A DNA stretch of 60,313 nucleotides, filler included, from Basidiobolus ranarum (Eukaryota), in NCBI GenBank assembly GCA_040143965.1. It is 10 parts of 10 records of this genome, joined end to end, with 100 filler letters (N's around TTAATTAATTAA, not from the genome) between each part and the next. Parts side by side here need not be neighbours in the genome. Positions count along the whole stretch, not along the records: positions 24,218 to 30,157 come from JASJQH010008334.1; positions 30,258 to 36,196 come from JASJQH010008335.1; positions 36,297 to 42,230 come from JASJQH010008336.1; 7 more parts are not named here. One strand, 5' to 3'. Below are positions 24,218 through 38,585 of the stretch, piece after piece. The notes under the pieces were generated by a model. The model had not been told where the DNA came from and searched no databases. It saw only the letters and a program-made list of their open reading frames with translations. Numbering within the stretch: position 1 is the first letter of the stretch; the number at the start of each line of letters is the position of its first letter. The position numbers and the translations under genes are program-made.

Positions 24218-26670
24218 GTCCAAATCAGATTGTTTCAGGCTTAGAAGTTGAGAATATCACAAAATTGGTTCTGTGTGATGGTTGCAAATATGGAAAACAT
24301 CACAGATATCCTCTTCAATCTCTGGAGAGATTGAATTCACTCATAATCTTGCTCTGAATCATTCTGACCTATGATGGCCTATGAAAAATGCTTCACTAGA
24401 TGGGAAATGGTACTTTATGATCTTAACTGTTGACAAAACAATATATATTTTGACATTTTTTCTCAAATCAAACTTGTAAACCTTAGCAATATGCAAACAC
24501 TACCAAGCAAAGGTTGAGAAAGAACCATCACAAATAATAAGGGTACTAAGGAGTGATAATGAATACTACTACTCTAAAGACTGTGCTGGTCTTTCTTCCA
24601 AACATGTCATTAAGCAACAAACTACAGTGCCTTATACACCACCGCAAATAGAGTTGCAGAAGATGCTAATAGGACCATAGATGAGATGGCAAGATGAATA
24701 TTACATGATCAAATGTTAGAGTACCAATATTGGGCTGAAGCTGTCTCCACCACAGTCTATGTCAAAAACAGAAGCCCAACAAGTTTGCTACAAAATTCTA
24801 CCCCATTTGAATCCCAAAAAAACCAAGTGTGGATCATCTAAGGCCCACAAATTAGTTGGTACCAAAAATCATTGTGGACCAGAAAACACAATCAGTACAA
24901 TTCAGGAAGTGTCATACAACATACCAGCGGTATCTGAGCCCTATTCAACCATATTTCTAGTCCCTATTACATCAGAGAATGATTCATGACCCAAAAAATC
25001 AACCAGAAGGAGTAATAAGCCAGGAAATTGGTGGAACCCTTCCAATGATGATGTATATGCTTATGCAGCATTTTATGACAAGCTACAGACTGAAGACCAA
25101 GATCTGGAGTGTACAGAGTTAAAATTATGGGAAAAACCAATGTCTGATGTGTTTTCCACACTGCCGGACAATAACATATAGCTTTAAACTTTGTTATTAT
25201 CATGGAGAAAGCCATTAGGGAGCAAATGGCTCTCCAAATTAAAAAACCAAGCTGATGGAACCATAGAAAGGCACAAAGAACGATTAGTTGCAAAAGATTA
25301 TTCCCAGACTCCATGAGTTAATTTTATTTGAACTTCTACTCCAGTTGCTAGTTTTAGCTCCATTAGATCAATCCTGGCACTCTCAGCCTTTCACAAACTT
25401 GATTTACATCAAATGTATGTAAAAACAGCTTTTCTGAATGGAAAACTACAAGAATAGATCTATATAGAGTAACTAGATGGATTTGTTGACCCAAAACACC
25501 CTGATATGGTCTGTAAACTGCAAAATTTGCTCTATGCACTCAAGCAAGCACCTAGGGCTTGGTACCACAAGATAAATACATGTTTGGAATCATTGGAATT
25601 CTGAAAATTCACACCAGATTACAGTATTTACATCAAAACAACCAGAAATAGGTTTGATATCATGACACTATATGTGGATCACTTGATCATAGCCACAAAT
25701 GATCTAGAAGCACTTGATCAGACAAATGCAGATAAACCCAATGAAAAAATCTTGCTGTATCAGTCAAGACCCATCCTGGACATCCTAAAAAACTTCAACA
25801 TGGAGAATTGTTAGCCTGTATCAATACCAATGGATTCTAATGTGAAATTAATCATAATTGCATCCTGTTTGCCAAATATGACTCAATTCTAAGCCAGGAT
25901 GTCCCTTATCGATCCATGGTGGGGAGTTTAATGTATTCAATGGTTGGAACATGTCCAGGCATTGCTGTGGCAGTCAGAATAGTCAGCCAATATCTCAACA
26001 ATTCAGGATCTGAACATAGAATTGCAGTCAAACAAATATTCAGGAATTTGAGAGGAATTGTAGATCTACTCCTGAAATACTCTGCCACTCCTGATGAGCA
26101 AATTACTGAAGGCTATAGTAATGCAGAGTGTGGAAGAAACCTTGATGATAGAAGATCAACAACTGGGTACTCTTTTCTCTATGGTAATGGGGCCATAACT
26201 TGGACTAGTAAATAGCAACCAATCACATCACCTTTCACTATGGAAGCAGAGTATATGGTTGCCTTTGCTACTACACAAGAAGCCATGTGATTGAGAGAGT
26301 TATTTACAAACTCAGGATTTATGCAAAAACATGCTATTACAGTGTTTGAAGATAATCAAAGTTTGGTTTCAATAGCTAAAACCCTATATTTCATGCTGAA
26401 ACAAAACAGGCTTAAGAGAAATACAAAGTAATCAGTTGAGTGGGAATGTTGAAATTAGGTAAACAGCAACTCATTATTTATTATTGAGCTTACTCATATT
26501 ATGATGATATAGCACTCAATTCTGCCATTCAAAAACATGTGTTTATTGCTCTAGGTGCTAGAAACATCAATTAGTTCACTTTTTCCACTTTTCATTATTT
26601 TCTAAAATTTTCTCCATATCACCTCAAATCAGCAAAAGTTTCCAAACCACTTGGGAAATACTTGCTGGAC
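24218..26670 (+). mobile_element. Degenerate copia element: integrase, RT, RNase H, PPT, partial 3' LTR (family C, from 26447)
   Basis: [42 protein letters not shown] with many stops; PPT gagtgggaa then TGTTGAAATT. Confidence 0.92.
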
Positions 26671-29600
26671 TGTATCAGACTCAAAGTCTGGCTAATTGGT
26701 TATATCTCAGACAAAATTTTTTGCAATTCCAATGAAATCTGATGATTCTGTTGCTAATCATACATATTGAATAAAAAATCTGGCAGGGCCACTCTCATCC
26801 ATTTGAGCATTTCTAAATGAAGAAGACTTAGTCATGACACTGCTTGAGAGCCTGCCACACTAACTTGGAAACCTTGTATTTGCCCTAGACTCAAGATCAG
26901 TGCCATTAACAATGGAACAGATTATAGCCAGGCTTTTGAATGAGGTGTTAACAAAATTGAATTATGAGCAAAATAATGCAGGTCAGGCATTGTCGGAGTT
27001 ATCAAATGTCCAACAGTATTCAATAATGGTGCCTTTAATAGAAAAGTGATCACTTGTAAGTTTTGCAAGAAACCAAGCCATTTAACCAAAGATTGCAGAA
27101 AAAGAACTCTTATCACAAAGCTAAGATTGGAACAAAAAAATCTAGTAAGCACTACTGGTGATTAACTATTTAAGTCTGTCCTAAAAGTAACCATTAGTGA
27201 AGATTCAACAACATGGTACATTATTTGAGGAACTTCCCAGCATATCTCAAACAAGCCTGACTGGTTTTTTGCCTTAAAGCCCTACTTGAGAGAAGACAAT
27301 GCACTAGATGCAGTAGGCTAAGGCACAGTTGGGCTCAAATTAGACCAAAATTCAGCTACACCATCTGCAAAATTAGATAATGTACTTGCTATACCAAATA
27401 TAGCAAAGGACTACCCTTAGTTAGCCATGCAACAGTTTAGGTATTAACTTGGCATTCAGCATGGCTGATTGCACTATCACTGACCAGAATTATGCCTAAT
27501 TAGCTATTGCAATCAAAACTTCATACTTGTACAGGCAATCAACAAATTACACACTGAATGTTCAAACTTAGGCAAAACTAGTAAAAAAGGCTTGCAAACG
27601 TGGCATATAAGATTAGGTCACATGGAGGAACAACAACTGGCACATATGATCAAAAATCTGCTTGTTTCAGGCTTAAAAATGAAAATATCACCACATGGAT
27701 CTGTGAAAAGGTTGCAAATATGGAAAACATCACAGACGGCTATTTTGAGGCTCCAGAGAAGTTAAATCCACTATGCATTTTGCCCTGGCTATTCTGAACT
27801 ACGTGGGCCTATGAATAATGTTTCAATAGATGTCAAAAGGTACTTCATGACCTTTAATGATGAAAAAACAGATACACTTGAGTTGTCTTTCTTAATTCAA
27901 AATCTGAAGCCTTGAACTCACGTAACCACCACAAAGCAATAGTAGAGAAAGAATTGGCACAGAAAATAAAGCTGCTAAGGAGTGATAATGATGAAAAATA
28001 CTGCTCTACAGACTTTGCTAGTTTCTGAACTAAAAATGGAATTAAGCAACAACTACGGTACTCAAAATTCCACAGCAAAATGGAGTTACCAAATATGATA
28101 ATAGGACCATGGTGGATTTGGCTACATCAATGCTACATGCTCAAAAGATAGATCACGAATACTAGGCTGAACCTGTTTCTACTGCATTCTACATCAAAAC
28201 AGAGACAAAACAAGATTGCTTCAAAATTCTACCTTATCTGAAGCTCAATATGGAGCTAAACCATGTGTGGTTCATCTCAGGATCCTGGGTGGCACAGCAT
28301 AGTCCCTGATTCCAGCTCAAAAAAGCTCTAAATTGAAACCTAAAAGCAGTATATGTATATTTCTTGGTAGCTGTAGTGAATACAAGGCCTACAGACTATA
28401 TCACACTTAACATATGATTTGATTTAGTGCAGAGAAGAGATTTTTGAAGAAAAAGCAAAGTTTTCACCACAAATTGTGGTTTTTGATCCAGAAAGACAAT
28501 TGGGACTATTTTAACATAATTCCAACTCTATCTGAGCCCAATTCAGTCAAAATCCCAGCGCCAATCACATCAGGGGATGATTCAGGCCTTGGAAGATCAT
28601 CCAGAAGTAAGATAAGCCTGGGTGATATTTAAACACTTCCAATGATGCTGTTTATGCTTATACAGCATTCTGTGATGATCCATAGATGATCAATCAAGCT
28701 ATGTATTGTTCAGAATCAAAATAAGGGAAAAAGCAATGTCTGATGAGTTTTCTTCACTTCAGGACAATGAAATATGGGCTTTAAGTTGACCACCATTAGG
28801 AAGAAAGCCAAGAGATTGCAAATGGTTCCACCAAGTCAAAAAGCCCTGATATGGCATGTAAGCTGGAAAAGTTGGTATATGGACTCACAAAAAAACCCAG
28901 GGCTTGGTATATTAAATAGATGGCAATTTGGAATCAGTGAAATTCCAAAAATGTACAGCAGTTCACAGTATTGACTTCACAACAACTGCATATAGGCTCC
29001 TTTCTTGGCACCATTTGTGGATGATTTAGCCAAAGCCACAAATGATCTGGAAGTACTTAACCAGACAAAAAGCAACATATCACTCAAAATTGGTTGATAG
29101 ATATGGGGTAATTAAATTAGTTTCTTGAAATTCAAATCAAAAGACATAAACCCAGTCAGAAAGTCTTGCTGGACTAGTCTAGATACATCCTAGGCATCAA
29201 AAAATGCTTTAACATGGAGAAAGCAAGCCTGCATGAACCTCCACTTGTTCCGAATGTGAACTTATTAGAAATTCATCCAATTTGGCTCAGAATGCTTCAA
29301 ATTATAGTAAGCAATTCCATCATTAGTGTATCATGGGTACGTTAATGCATATGATGGTTGGAACATGTCCAGATATTGCTGTGGTAGCGAGAACTGTCAG
29401 TCAATATCTCAAAAATCCAGGATCTGAGCACTAAGCTGCAGTAAAACAAATATTCAGGTATTTGAAAGGAACTGTAGATCTAGTTCTGCAAAATTCTTGC
29501 ACTCCTGATGTACAAGATGTGGAAGGTTACAGTGCGGCTGATTGGTGAAGAAACCTTGATGATAGAAGATCAACAACTGGATACACATTTCTCTATAATA

Positions 29601-30157
29601 ATGGAACTATGACTTGGAATAGTAAGAAGCAACCCACTGTAGCACTTTCCACTTCAGAAGCTGAGTATATGGCTGCCTTGGGCACTACTTAAGAAGCTAT
29701 GTGGTCAAGGAAGTTAACTATAGACTTAGGATACATGCAAAAAAATTACAGTATTTCAAGATAATCAAAATTGTATTACATCAGCAAAAAAACCTACATT
29801 TTGTGTTAGAGTAAAACACAGCAATATTAAGCGTTATTTTATTATAGAAGCAATAGAGACTGATATAATGCAATTTGTCTATTGCCTTACTGGAGAAATT
29901 GTTGCTGATATATTAATCAAACCTTTAGCCAAAGTGCATTTGGATTTAATCAGTTTTAAGGTAGGTTTAAGATAAATTCATAATGATTAGATTAGTGAAA
30001 CAGTTAAATCAGGAAGCTAGCAACTCAATATTTAGCAGCTAGTTTATTCTTGTTTTGATTATTATCACTCAATTATGCCATTCAAAATCATGTGTCTAAT
30101 GCTCCAATTGAAGTAAATATCAATTAGAACACTTTTACCAATTTTCACTATTCTAAT
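26670..30157 (+). mobile_element. Second degenerate copia element, gag through RNase H plus LTR remnant
   Basis: Gag LVMTLLESLP, zinc knuckle CKFCKKPSHLTKDC (27055), WHIRLGH (27601), [29 protein letters not shown]. Confidence 0.92.
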
Positions 30158-30257
30158 NNNNNNNNNNNNNNNNNNNNNNNNNNNNNNNNNNNNNNNNNNN
30201 NTTAATTAATTAANNNNNNNNNNNNNNNNNNNNNNNNNNNNNNNNNNNNNNNNNNNN

Positions 30258-32790
30258 TCTTTCTGAATTTCCATTGTTGGATCTCACTAGGTGTGAAAAG
30301 GTATTTTATGACCATTATTAATGACAAAACAAGATATTCTAGCATATTCCATCTCAAGTAAAAATTGGAAGCTTTAGCTACATTCAAGCATTACAAAGAA
30401 ATGGTAGGGAAAGAATCAGCAAAAGAAAAAGGATTAAAGAAGTGATAATGGTGGAGAATACTGCTCTATAGACTTTACTAGTTTTGTTCTAAACAAGGAA
30501 TTAAGCAACAAATTACAGAACCTTTTACTCCACAGCAAAATGGAGTTGCAGAATGTGCTAATAGGTCCATAGTGGAGATGGCAAGATCAATATCACTTGA
30601 TCAATAGTTAGATTACTAATATTGGGCTGAATCTGTCTCCACTGCAGTCTATATCAAAAACAGATGCCCAACAAGAATGCTGCAAAATTCTACTCCAAAT
30701 CAAGCCCTATATGGATCAAAACCAAATGAGGATGATCTAAGGATCTTTAGTTGCAGAGCATATTGCCCACTTCTAGCTCAAAAATGCTCTAAATTGGATC
30801 TCAAAGCAGAAATTGCATATTTCTTGTTTACTGTGATGGATCTAAGGCCTACATATTTGTTGATGCCAAAAATCAGAAGCTCATTAAGTGCAGATATGTG
30901 ATTTTTGATGAAAAAGCAAATTATTCACCTCCAATTATAGTTCTTGATCCAGAAAAGACCATCATCCCTCTTCAGGAAGTGTCTGACACAATACTGGCTA
31001 TATCTGAGCCCTTTTCAAACAAAATATCAGTCCCAATTTCATCAGAGGATGATTCATGACCAAGATGATCATTCAGAACAAGATATAAGGCAGGAAATTG
31101 TTGGAACACTTCCAATGATGATGTATATGCTTATGCAGCCTTCTGACATTGACCACAGATGCTGGATCAAGCTCTGGAGTGTCCAGAATCAAAAGTATGG
31201 GAAAAAGCAATGTGTGATGAGTTTTCTTCATTTAAGGACCATAAGAAGTGGGTTTCAAGTCCTTGACTATCAGGGATAAAGCCAATAGGCTACAAATGGG
31301 TTTGCAAAGTCAAAATCAAGCTGATGTAACTATGGAAAGGTACAAAGCAAGATCAGTTGCAAAAGGTTATTCTGAGACTCCAGGGGATGCTTTTTGTGAA
31401 ATTTTTGCTTGAAAGTCTAAGCTTAGTTCTATTAGATCAATCCTGGCACTCTTAACCATCCACAACCTTGATTTGAAGCAAAGAATGTAAAAACAGCCTT
31501 TCTGAATGGAAATATAAAAGAAGAGTTCATAATGGAACAACTAGAAGAGTTTGTTGACCTATAACACCCTGCTAGGGTATGCAAGCTGCCAAAACTACTA
31601 TATGGACTCAAGCAAGCACCCAGGGCATGGTACTGCAAGCTAGATACTTCTTTGGAATTACTGAAATTCCAAAAATGCACAGCATATTGCAGTATTCATA
31701 TCAAAACAACCAAAAATAGGATCCTTATCTTGGTACTATATGTGGATGCCTTGATCATAGCCACAACTGTTCTGGAAGTGCTTGATTAGAAGAAAAGCAG
31801 CTAATCAAATCAGTTTCAGATGACTTATATGGGTGAATGAAGTTATTTTATTGGAATTTAAATAAAGAGAGAAAAACCAAATCAGAAAATCATGCTGAAT
31901 CAGTCTAGATATATCCTAGACTTCCTAAGAAGCTTCAATATGGAGAATAGCAAGCCTGTATCAATACCAATGGATCCCAATGTGAAATTAATTACAATTT
32001 CATCCAATTTGGCCCTATATGACTCAAATCAAAGCCAGGAGTTCCCTTATCAATCCATGATGGAAAGTATAATGTATACAATGGTTGGAACACATCCAGA
32101 CATAGCTGTGGCAGTGGGAACTGTCAGCCAATATCTCAAAACTTTAGGAGCAGAGCACAAAACTCCAGTAAAACAAATATTCAGGTATTTGAGAGGAACT
32201 GTAGATCTAGTTCTCTAATATTCTGCCACTGCAGATGGACAAAATTTTGAAGGCTACTGTGAGGCAGATTGGTGAGGAAACCTTGATGATAGAAGATCAA
32301 CAAGAGGGTACACTTTTCTCTATGCTAATGGAGCCATAATTTGGAATGATACAAAGCAACCAACCAAAGCACTTTCCACTATAGAAGCAGAGTACATGGC
32401 TGCCTCTGCTACTACAAAAGTAGCAAGATGGTTAAGGAAGTTATTTACACACTGAGGATTCATTCAAAAACATGCTATTATTGTATTTGAGATAATCAAA
32501 GTTGTATTTCCTTGGCTGAACACCCTACACTTTATCCTACATCAAAACATATAGATATTAGGCATCACTTTGTTAAACAAGCAATAGAGAATGATATAAT
32601 TGAACTTGTCTTTTGCCCTACTGAAGAAATGCTTGATGACATCTTAACCAAACCTTTAGCTAGAGCACTATTTTAATTATCAAGAGATAAGTTAGATGTA
32701 AGAGAAATACAAATAATTAGTGGAGTAGGAATGTTGAAATTAGGTAAATAGCAACTCTTTATTTTGTAGTTAGTTAAAACTGCCTACTAT
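30258..32790 (+). mobile_element. Degenerate copia integrase-RT-RNase H with PPT and LTR start (32732)
   Basis: [49 protein letters not shown]. Confidence 0.92.
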
Positions 32791-32853
32791 AAGTTAAATG
32801 CCATGATGCCTGCATTTATTCATTTAACTGCACCTGGTATTACACAGGGAATA

Positions 32854-33203
32854 TGTTGAAATTAGATAAATAGCAACTCACTATTTAGTAGTAAGTGTGT
32901 TCATATTGTGTTTATTTAGCACTCAATTCAATCATTCAAAATATGATTGGACTGCTCTAATTTTAGAAATATCAACTAGAACACTTTTATCAATTTTTAC
33001 TATTGTCTTAAAACTTCTAAAAATCACCTCAAATTTTCAACCATGCTTAACAGGCATGTTTGTTATGATATAAGCACATCCAATAGTCCTATTTCACAAT
33101 AAATGATAAATATGACATATTTGATTCAATAAAACTTAAGTGTCCAATTTACAACTCCAAATCCTGTCTAAAGCACTTCCAAGTCTCCTAAACACTTTTA
33201 TCA
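32854..33203 (+). repeat. Copia LTR family C
   Basis: TGTTGAAATTAG...cttttatCA; homologous to 35151-35539. Confidence 0.8.
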
Positions 33204-34190
33204 TTATCCACCATTATGAAGACCCATTTTCCTGATTTTAGTTCTAGTTTAAACTCCACATGTGTTTTAAAATATCTAGAGATAGAGAGAGCTTCTTTTT
33301 TTCCATAAAGTAGACCCATGTGTGTCTTGTATATTCTTCAACAAATGTGACTAAATATATTTTTCATCTAAAGATATATTTGCATAGGTCTACACAAATC
33401 TGAATGAATTAGATCCATCATTTTGACTGATTTGATTGAATCAGTGCTCTTGAATGGTTGCCTAGTTTATTCTTCATGTATACAACCCTGACCAATTTCT
33501 ATTTTGGTTGGGTGATGTTAATTTGGATTCCCTAAATTAGGCAATTTTTGTTTATTTTGCTCATATAATCAAGTCTAATGTGGTCAAATCTGCAAAGACA
33601 TAATTGAATAGTTTCTATTTCAGAATATACACACATAAACCTCATGGATTGTATGTGAGCTTGTAGATGTTCTGAACCTTTTCTCCTAATGCGGATTAAT
33701 TTACCTTTTAAGCAGTGCTGGTGCATCCTGATTTATCAAAATTGAATATATCCTCTTCTGAGGTGGCCTTGCATACAAATAAAATTTTTTTGGCAAATCT
33801 GGAACAAGAAGTATGAACTGAAAAGTATACACTTTCTCTTTCAAAGCTCCAGTAAATGGACTTCATTTTTCCCATTTCAATGGCATCCAATGTATGGTCA
33901 TATCACAGGAGGATCTTTCCAACAAGGATTTCCTCATAATTCATATATCATGATCTTCATTTGTGACATGCTGAGATGTTCCAGAATCAATACACCATTG
34001 TGGGGAAGACTTGTTGATAGTCACAGATAGTGCAGACATGAACAAATAATCATCTGTTATAACCCTATTTCCAGATTCAGTGTGTTTTTTTTGCAGTTGG
34101 TTTAAAGGAATCTTTGCTTAAATGGCCAGATCTTTTACAGTAGTCACAGAATGTGTTATTTTTCATCTCGAAGTGCTTTTGACCTCTATA
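33204..34190 (-). mobile_element. Degenerate copia gag zinc knuckle, protease and integrase N-terminus (same family as 45317-46660)
   Basis: CDYCKRSGHLSKD, WCIDSGTSQH, RFDH; similar to the element at 45.3-46.7 kb. Confidence 0.85.
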
Positions 34191-34192
34191 GA

Positions 34193-34488
34193 TGATAAAA
34201 GCATTTAGGGGATTTAGAAGTATTTTGGACAAGATATGGGTTTGTAAATTAGGCATTAAATTTTTATTGAATTGAATGTGCACTATTTACAGTGTACTAG
34301 GAAATAGGCCTCTTAGATGTGCTGAGAACATAACAAACATGCCTGTTAAGCATGGGTGAATATGGGAGGTGATTTGGAGTAGTTGTGAGAAAATAATGAA
34401 AATTGGTGAAAGTGATCAAATTGCTGTTTCAATCATCTTGAGCAATAAACACATGTTTTTCAATGGCAGAATTGAGTGCTAAATAATT
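34193..34488 (-). repeat. Copia LTR family C, partial
   Basis: Reverse complement of 32854-33203 core (catgcttaacaggcatg). Confidence 0.75.
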
Positions 34489-34499
34489 GGAATGCATCC

Positions 34500-36196
34500 A
34501 GAGTGCCAGAATATTCCAGAGCCAGATCTACAGTCTCTCTCAAATACTTGAATAATTGATTTACTGCAGTTTTGTGCTCAGATCCTGGACTTTTGCAATT
34601 TTGGGTGACAGTTTCTACTGCCATAACAATGTCTGGACAATCTCCAACAATTGTTTACACTAAACTACCAATCATAGATTTATAAGGGAATGCCTGGCTT
34701 TAATTTGAGTCATATTGGGCCAAATCAGATGCAATTTTAATAATCTCACATTGGGATCCATTGATCCTAATACAGGCTGGCAATTCTCCATTTTGAAGGA
34801 TTTCAGGATGTCCATGTTGTATCTAGACTGATTCAGCATGATTTTCTAATTGGGTTTATCTCTCTCTATTTGACTTCAAAGAAAATAACTTAATTTGCCA
34901 ATATTGTGCATCTGAAATTGGTTTAATAAGCTTTTTTTTCTGACTAAGTGCTTCAAGATCATTTGTAGCTATGAACAAGTCATTCACATATAGTGCCAAG
35001 ATATGGATCCTATTTCTGGTGGTTTTAATGTCAATAATGTGATCTGCTGTGCATTTTTGGAATTTCAGTAATTCCATATAGATATCCACCTTGTTGGACC
35101 ATGCCCTTGGTACTGGCTTGAGTCCATACAGGGATTTTTGCAGTTTGCAGTGTTGAAATTAGATAAAGGGCAACACATTATTTAGTAGTTAGTTTATTTG
35201 TATTCTGATTATTTAGCACTCAACTCTTAGTTTATTTGTATTCTGATAATTTAGCACTCAATTCTATCATTGAAAAACATGTGTCTATGGCTCTAATAGA
35301 TAGAAATATCAATTAGGTAACTTTTACCAATTTTCACTATTTTCTCAAAACTTCTCTAAATCACCTCAAATTTTACCCATGCTTAACAGGCATGTCTGTT
35401 ACAATCTAAGCATGTCTAATAGTTCCATTTCATAGTAAACTATGAGTAGTACATATTCAATTCAATAAAGCCTAAGTGTCTAATTCTCAAATCCAAATCT
35501 TGTCCAAGGCACTTACAAGTCCCATGTACACTTTTATCATGCAGACCATATCAGGAAGCTTGAGGTTAACAAATCCATATCGTGGGCCCATTTGCATCTC
35601 TTCTTCTAGATATCCATCCAGAAAGGCTGTTTTTATAGCCATTTAATGTAAATCAAAGTTACAGAAGGCTGAGAGTGCCCAGATTGATTTAATGGAGCTA
35701 AACTTAGCTAATGGAGCAAATGTTTCACTAAATGGAACTGTTGGAGTCCCAGAATAATCTTTTGCAAATAATCTTGCTTTTACATTTCTATGGTTCCATC
35801 AGCTTGGTTTTGGACTGTGTAGTCTCATTTGTAACCTATTGGCTTTCTCCCTGATGGTAGAGGACTTGACACCCATGTCTTATCATTGAGAAGTGAAGAA
35901 AACTCATCAGACATTTCTTTTACCCAACATTTTGATTCTGGACACTCCAGAGTTTGATGTAGAGTCAAAGGCATGTCACAGAATGCTGCATAAGCATATA
36001 CATCATCATTAGAAGTGTTCCATGAGTTCCCTGGCTTATTACTCTTTCTGGATGATCTTTTAGGTCTGGTAGCATCCTCTGAAGTAATTGGTACTGGAAT
36101 TTTGGTTGAATTGGGCTCAGATATAGCTGGAATTATGTCAGGCTTGGCCTGTGTATTGCTGATTGTACCTTCTGGATCAAGAACTGTGAATTGAGG
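34500..36196 (-). mobile_element. Degenerate copia reverse transcriptase interrupted by a solo LTR
   Basis: MVC|KLQKSLYGLK is restored across the insertion; ILALYVND, KTAFLDG. Confidence 0.9.
35151..35539 (+). repeat. Solo LTR family C with 5-bp target-site duplication TGCAG
   Basis: TG...CA termini flanked by tgcag at 35146-35150 and 35540-35544. Confidence 0.92.
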
Positions 36197-36346
36197 NNNN
36201 NNNNNNNNNNNNNNNNNNNNNNNNNNNNNNNNNNNNNNNNTTAATTAATTAANNNNNNNNNNNNNNNNNNNNNNNNNNNNNNNNNNNNNNNNNNNNTATT
36301 TACTCCTGTGATCTCTGGAGTTATTGATTTCTGTGACGATCCTTAG

Positions 36347-37600
36347 CAAGGATTTATCATGAACGATAGAGCACAAGATTTAGGATATGGGCTCGCTAAA
36401 GTCTGTAATTTCGTTTACTACGTTTTTATAGCCCTATATGACTAATCCCAAGATAACTATTATACAGGGTGCAGCAAGCTTCTTATCAAAAATGGTGTAC
36501 GGCTTCTCGGATAGCTTTTCCAAGTTCACTGACAGTGTTGGTAAAGGATTATCTGCAGCTACACTTGATCAAGCATTTCAAGATAAACGTCGTATAACTC
36601 GCACACGTAACAAACCTAGACACGCCTTCAATGGTGTTACTCAAGGTGCCTCTTCTTTAGCAACTAGCTTTGCTAGTGGTATATCTGGCGTTGTGGTACG
36701 TTTCTCTCCATTACCAAGTTACTTAATCTTATCTGATCATAGACAAATGTAGACACAACCAATTGCGGGAGCAGAAAAGGGTGGAGTAGGAGGGTTTTTC
36801 AGAGGAATTGGCAAAGGATTAGTAGGGTATGTATAGCATCAAAGTAGCACATCCTTGTGTATTATAAGAGAGTAATCCAATCGGCTTCAATCAGAGTTGT
36901 GACAAAGCCCGTAGTTGGTGTATTTGATATGGCTAATAATGTTACAGAAGGTGGGTCACAGTACATCTCAATTCCCTTAAATCATTCAGTTAATGTATTT
37001 TTATTGGTAATGAACTTTCAGGTATTCGTAATACTACCATTCTCTTCGATCAAAATGAAAGCGAACGAATTCGCCTTCCACGCTATGTTTCAAGAGATGG
37101 AATTCTAAGAGTAAGGATGTGTTTCAAATCCTTTTTGTAACTCAGTAACTGAAAATTTTACTCTTAGCGCTATGACCCTGTTGAAGCTCAAGGACAGTTT
37201 TGGTTAAAAGAAGTTGATAAAGGAATGTACTTTCATGAAACGTATATTGCACACTTAGAATTACGTGGTGCAGATAGGATAGCCCTCTTGAGTTACTCAT
37301 ATATCATGGTGATACGCATCAAGAAAGTGACTTCCGATTTCGTTGTTTCCTTTGAAGGTACGTATCTTTATAGCTATCCAAGATGCCATCAAAGTAAGCT
37401 AATGAATGCTTTGATCACACTCAGACCTTCAAACACCAATCATCAGCGCTACAGGGATTAACCTGGTTCAAACTACTCATACCCGTGACCCCCCCTCATT
37501 ATTCATTCCAATTTCCAACGAGAAACACAGAACGGAATTCTACCGAAAGTTAGAAAATACTTTTAATCAATACAACGTAGAAAGGAAGCCTCAGGAGTAG
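36347..37600 (+). CDS. VPS13: Vacuolar protein sorting 13, 3' exons
   Basis: SDSFSKFTDSVGKGLSAATLD, RNKPRHA, GAEKGGVGGFFRGIGKGLVG, TKPVVGVFD, IRNTT...RIRLPR; about six short GT-AG introns; TAG at 37598-37600. Confidence 0.95.
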
Positions 37601-38585
37601 AAATTCTTCGAAACCTGAGCTCTCTCTGGCATGTAGTTATTGGAATCCTCTATCCAACATGTATATTTCCCATGGGCACGTTGTTTTATAAGCCAGTACA
37701 TTTACTGGTCTGACTAGAATCTATATTATTCTGCTTATCTCAAGCCTTTAGATGTTGAGCATTTGAGTATTTAATTTCCAACAGTCATTTAGTTTACTAT
37801 ATTTAGATCAGCTATCAAGTGATATAGAGGCCATTACACCAAGATTTAATTAAAGCTAATAGTTGTCCTGAAACAGAGCATTATATTTGTCACACGGAAA
37901 ATCAACAAGTGTTCACAATTTCGAACACGCATTGCACAATGTGACCCTGCTTGGCCAAATAATGGGGGATCTGTTGCACTTCTAGATTAATCAGAGAACA
38001 TAATCTCGATGATATATATGAGATGTTTAGCTCGTCCTACAAATGCTGTACCCCGATAGGAATTCAGATTGACCAGAGACCCCAATGCTTTCGGGGTTTC
38101 TTTGTTGATCCAGTTTGCGAACTCTGTATACACGAAACTAGAGGGAGTCTTGATAGACCGTAGGACAAGCTGCATAGCCTATCTCATCGTGACCTCAGGT
38201 TGATTCGTTTGGGGGATGAGATCTTGCATGATGTACATGCTTAAGCACGATTTCTGTTTGGTACAAGCCATTCGTAATGATCCGAATTGTCAGTATAATA
38301 CAAACACTCAGTCGTTACAAGGTGATCTCTTGATCACGCCGTGGGCCTATACTCAAATATTTGCAAATCGTATGCGGTAATTCTCAATCATCTCATGATT
38401 GCATTACTTGTGCTTGGGGCTGTCTTATGTGAGCCATCTCATATTAATATCTACGAGTCTCATGTATTATTAGTAGTGCAGCACCATGAGGTTGGCGGAT
38501 GATTGGAACTCAAGGAGTTTGGTCCACGTTTCTTTGAAGCATGCCATTTGAAGTTATAAATGCTGGAGCACTTTCTACAGATTAC

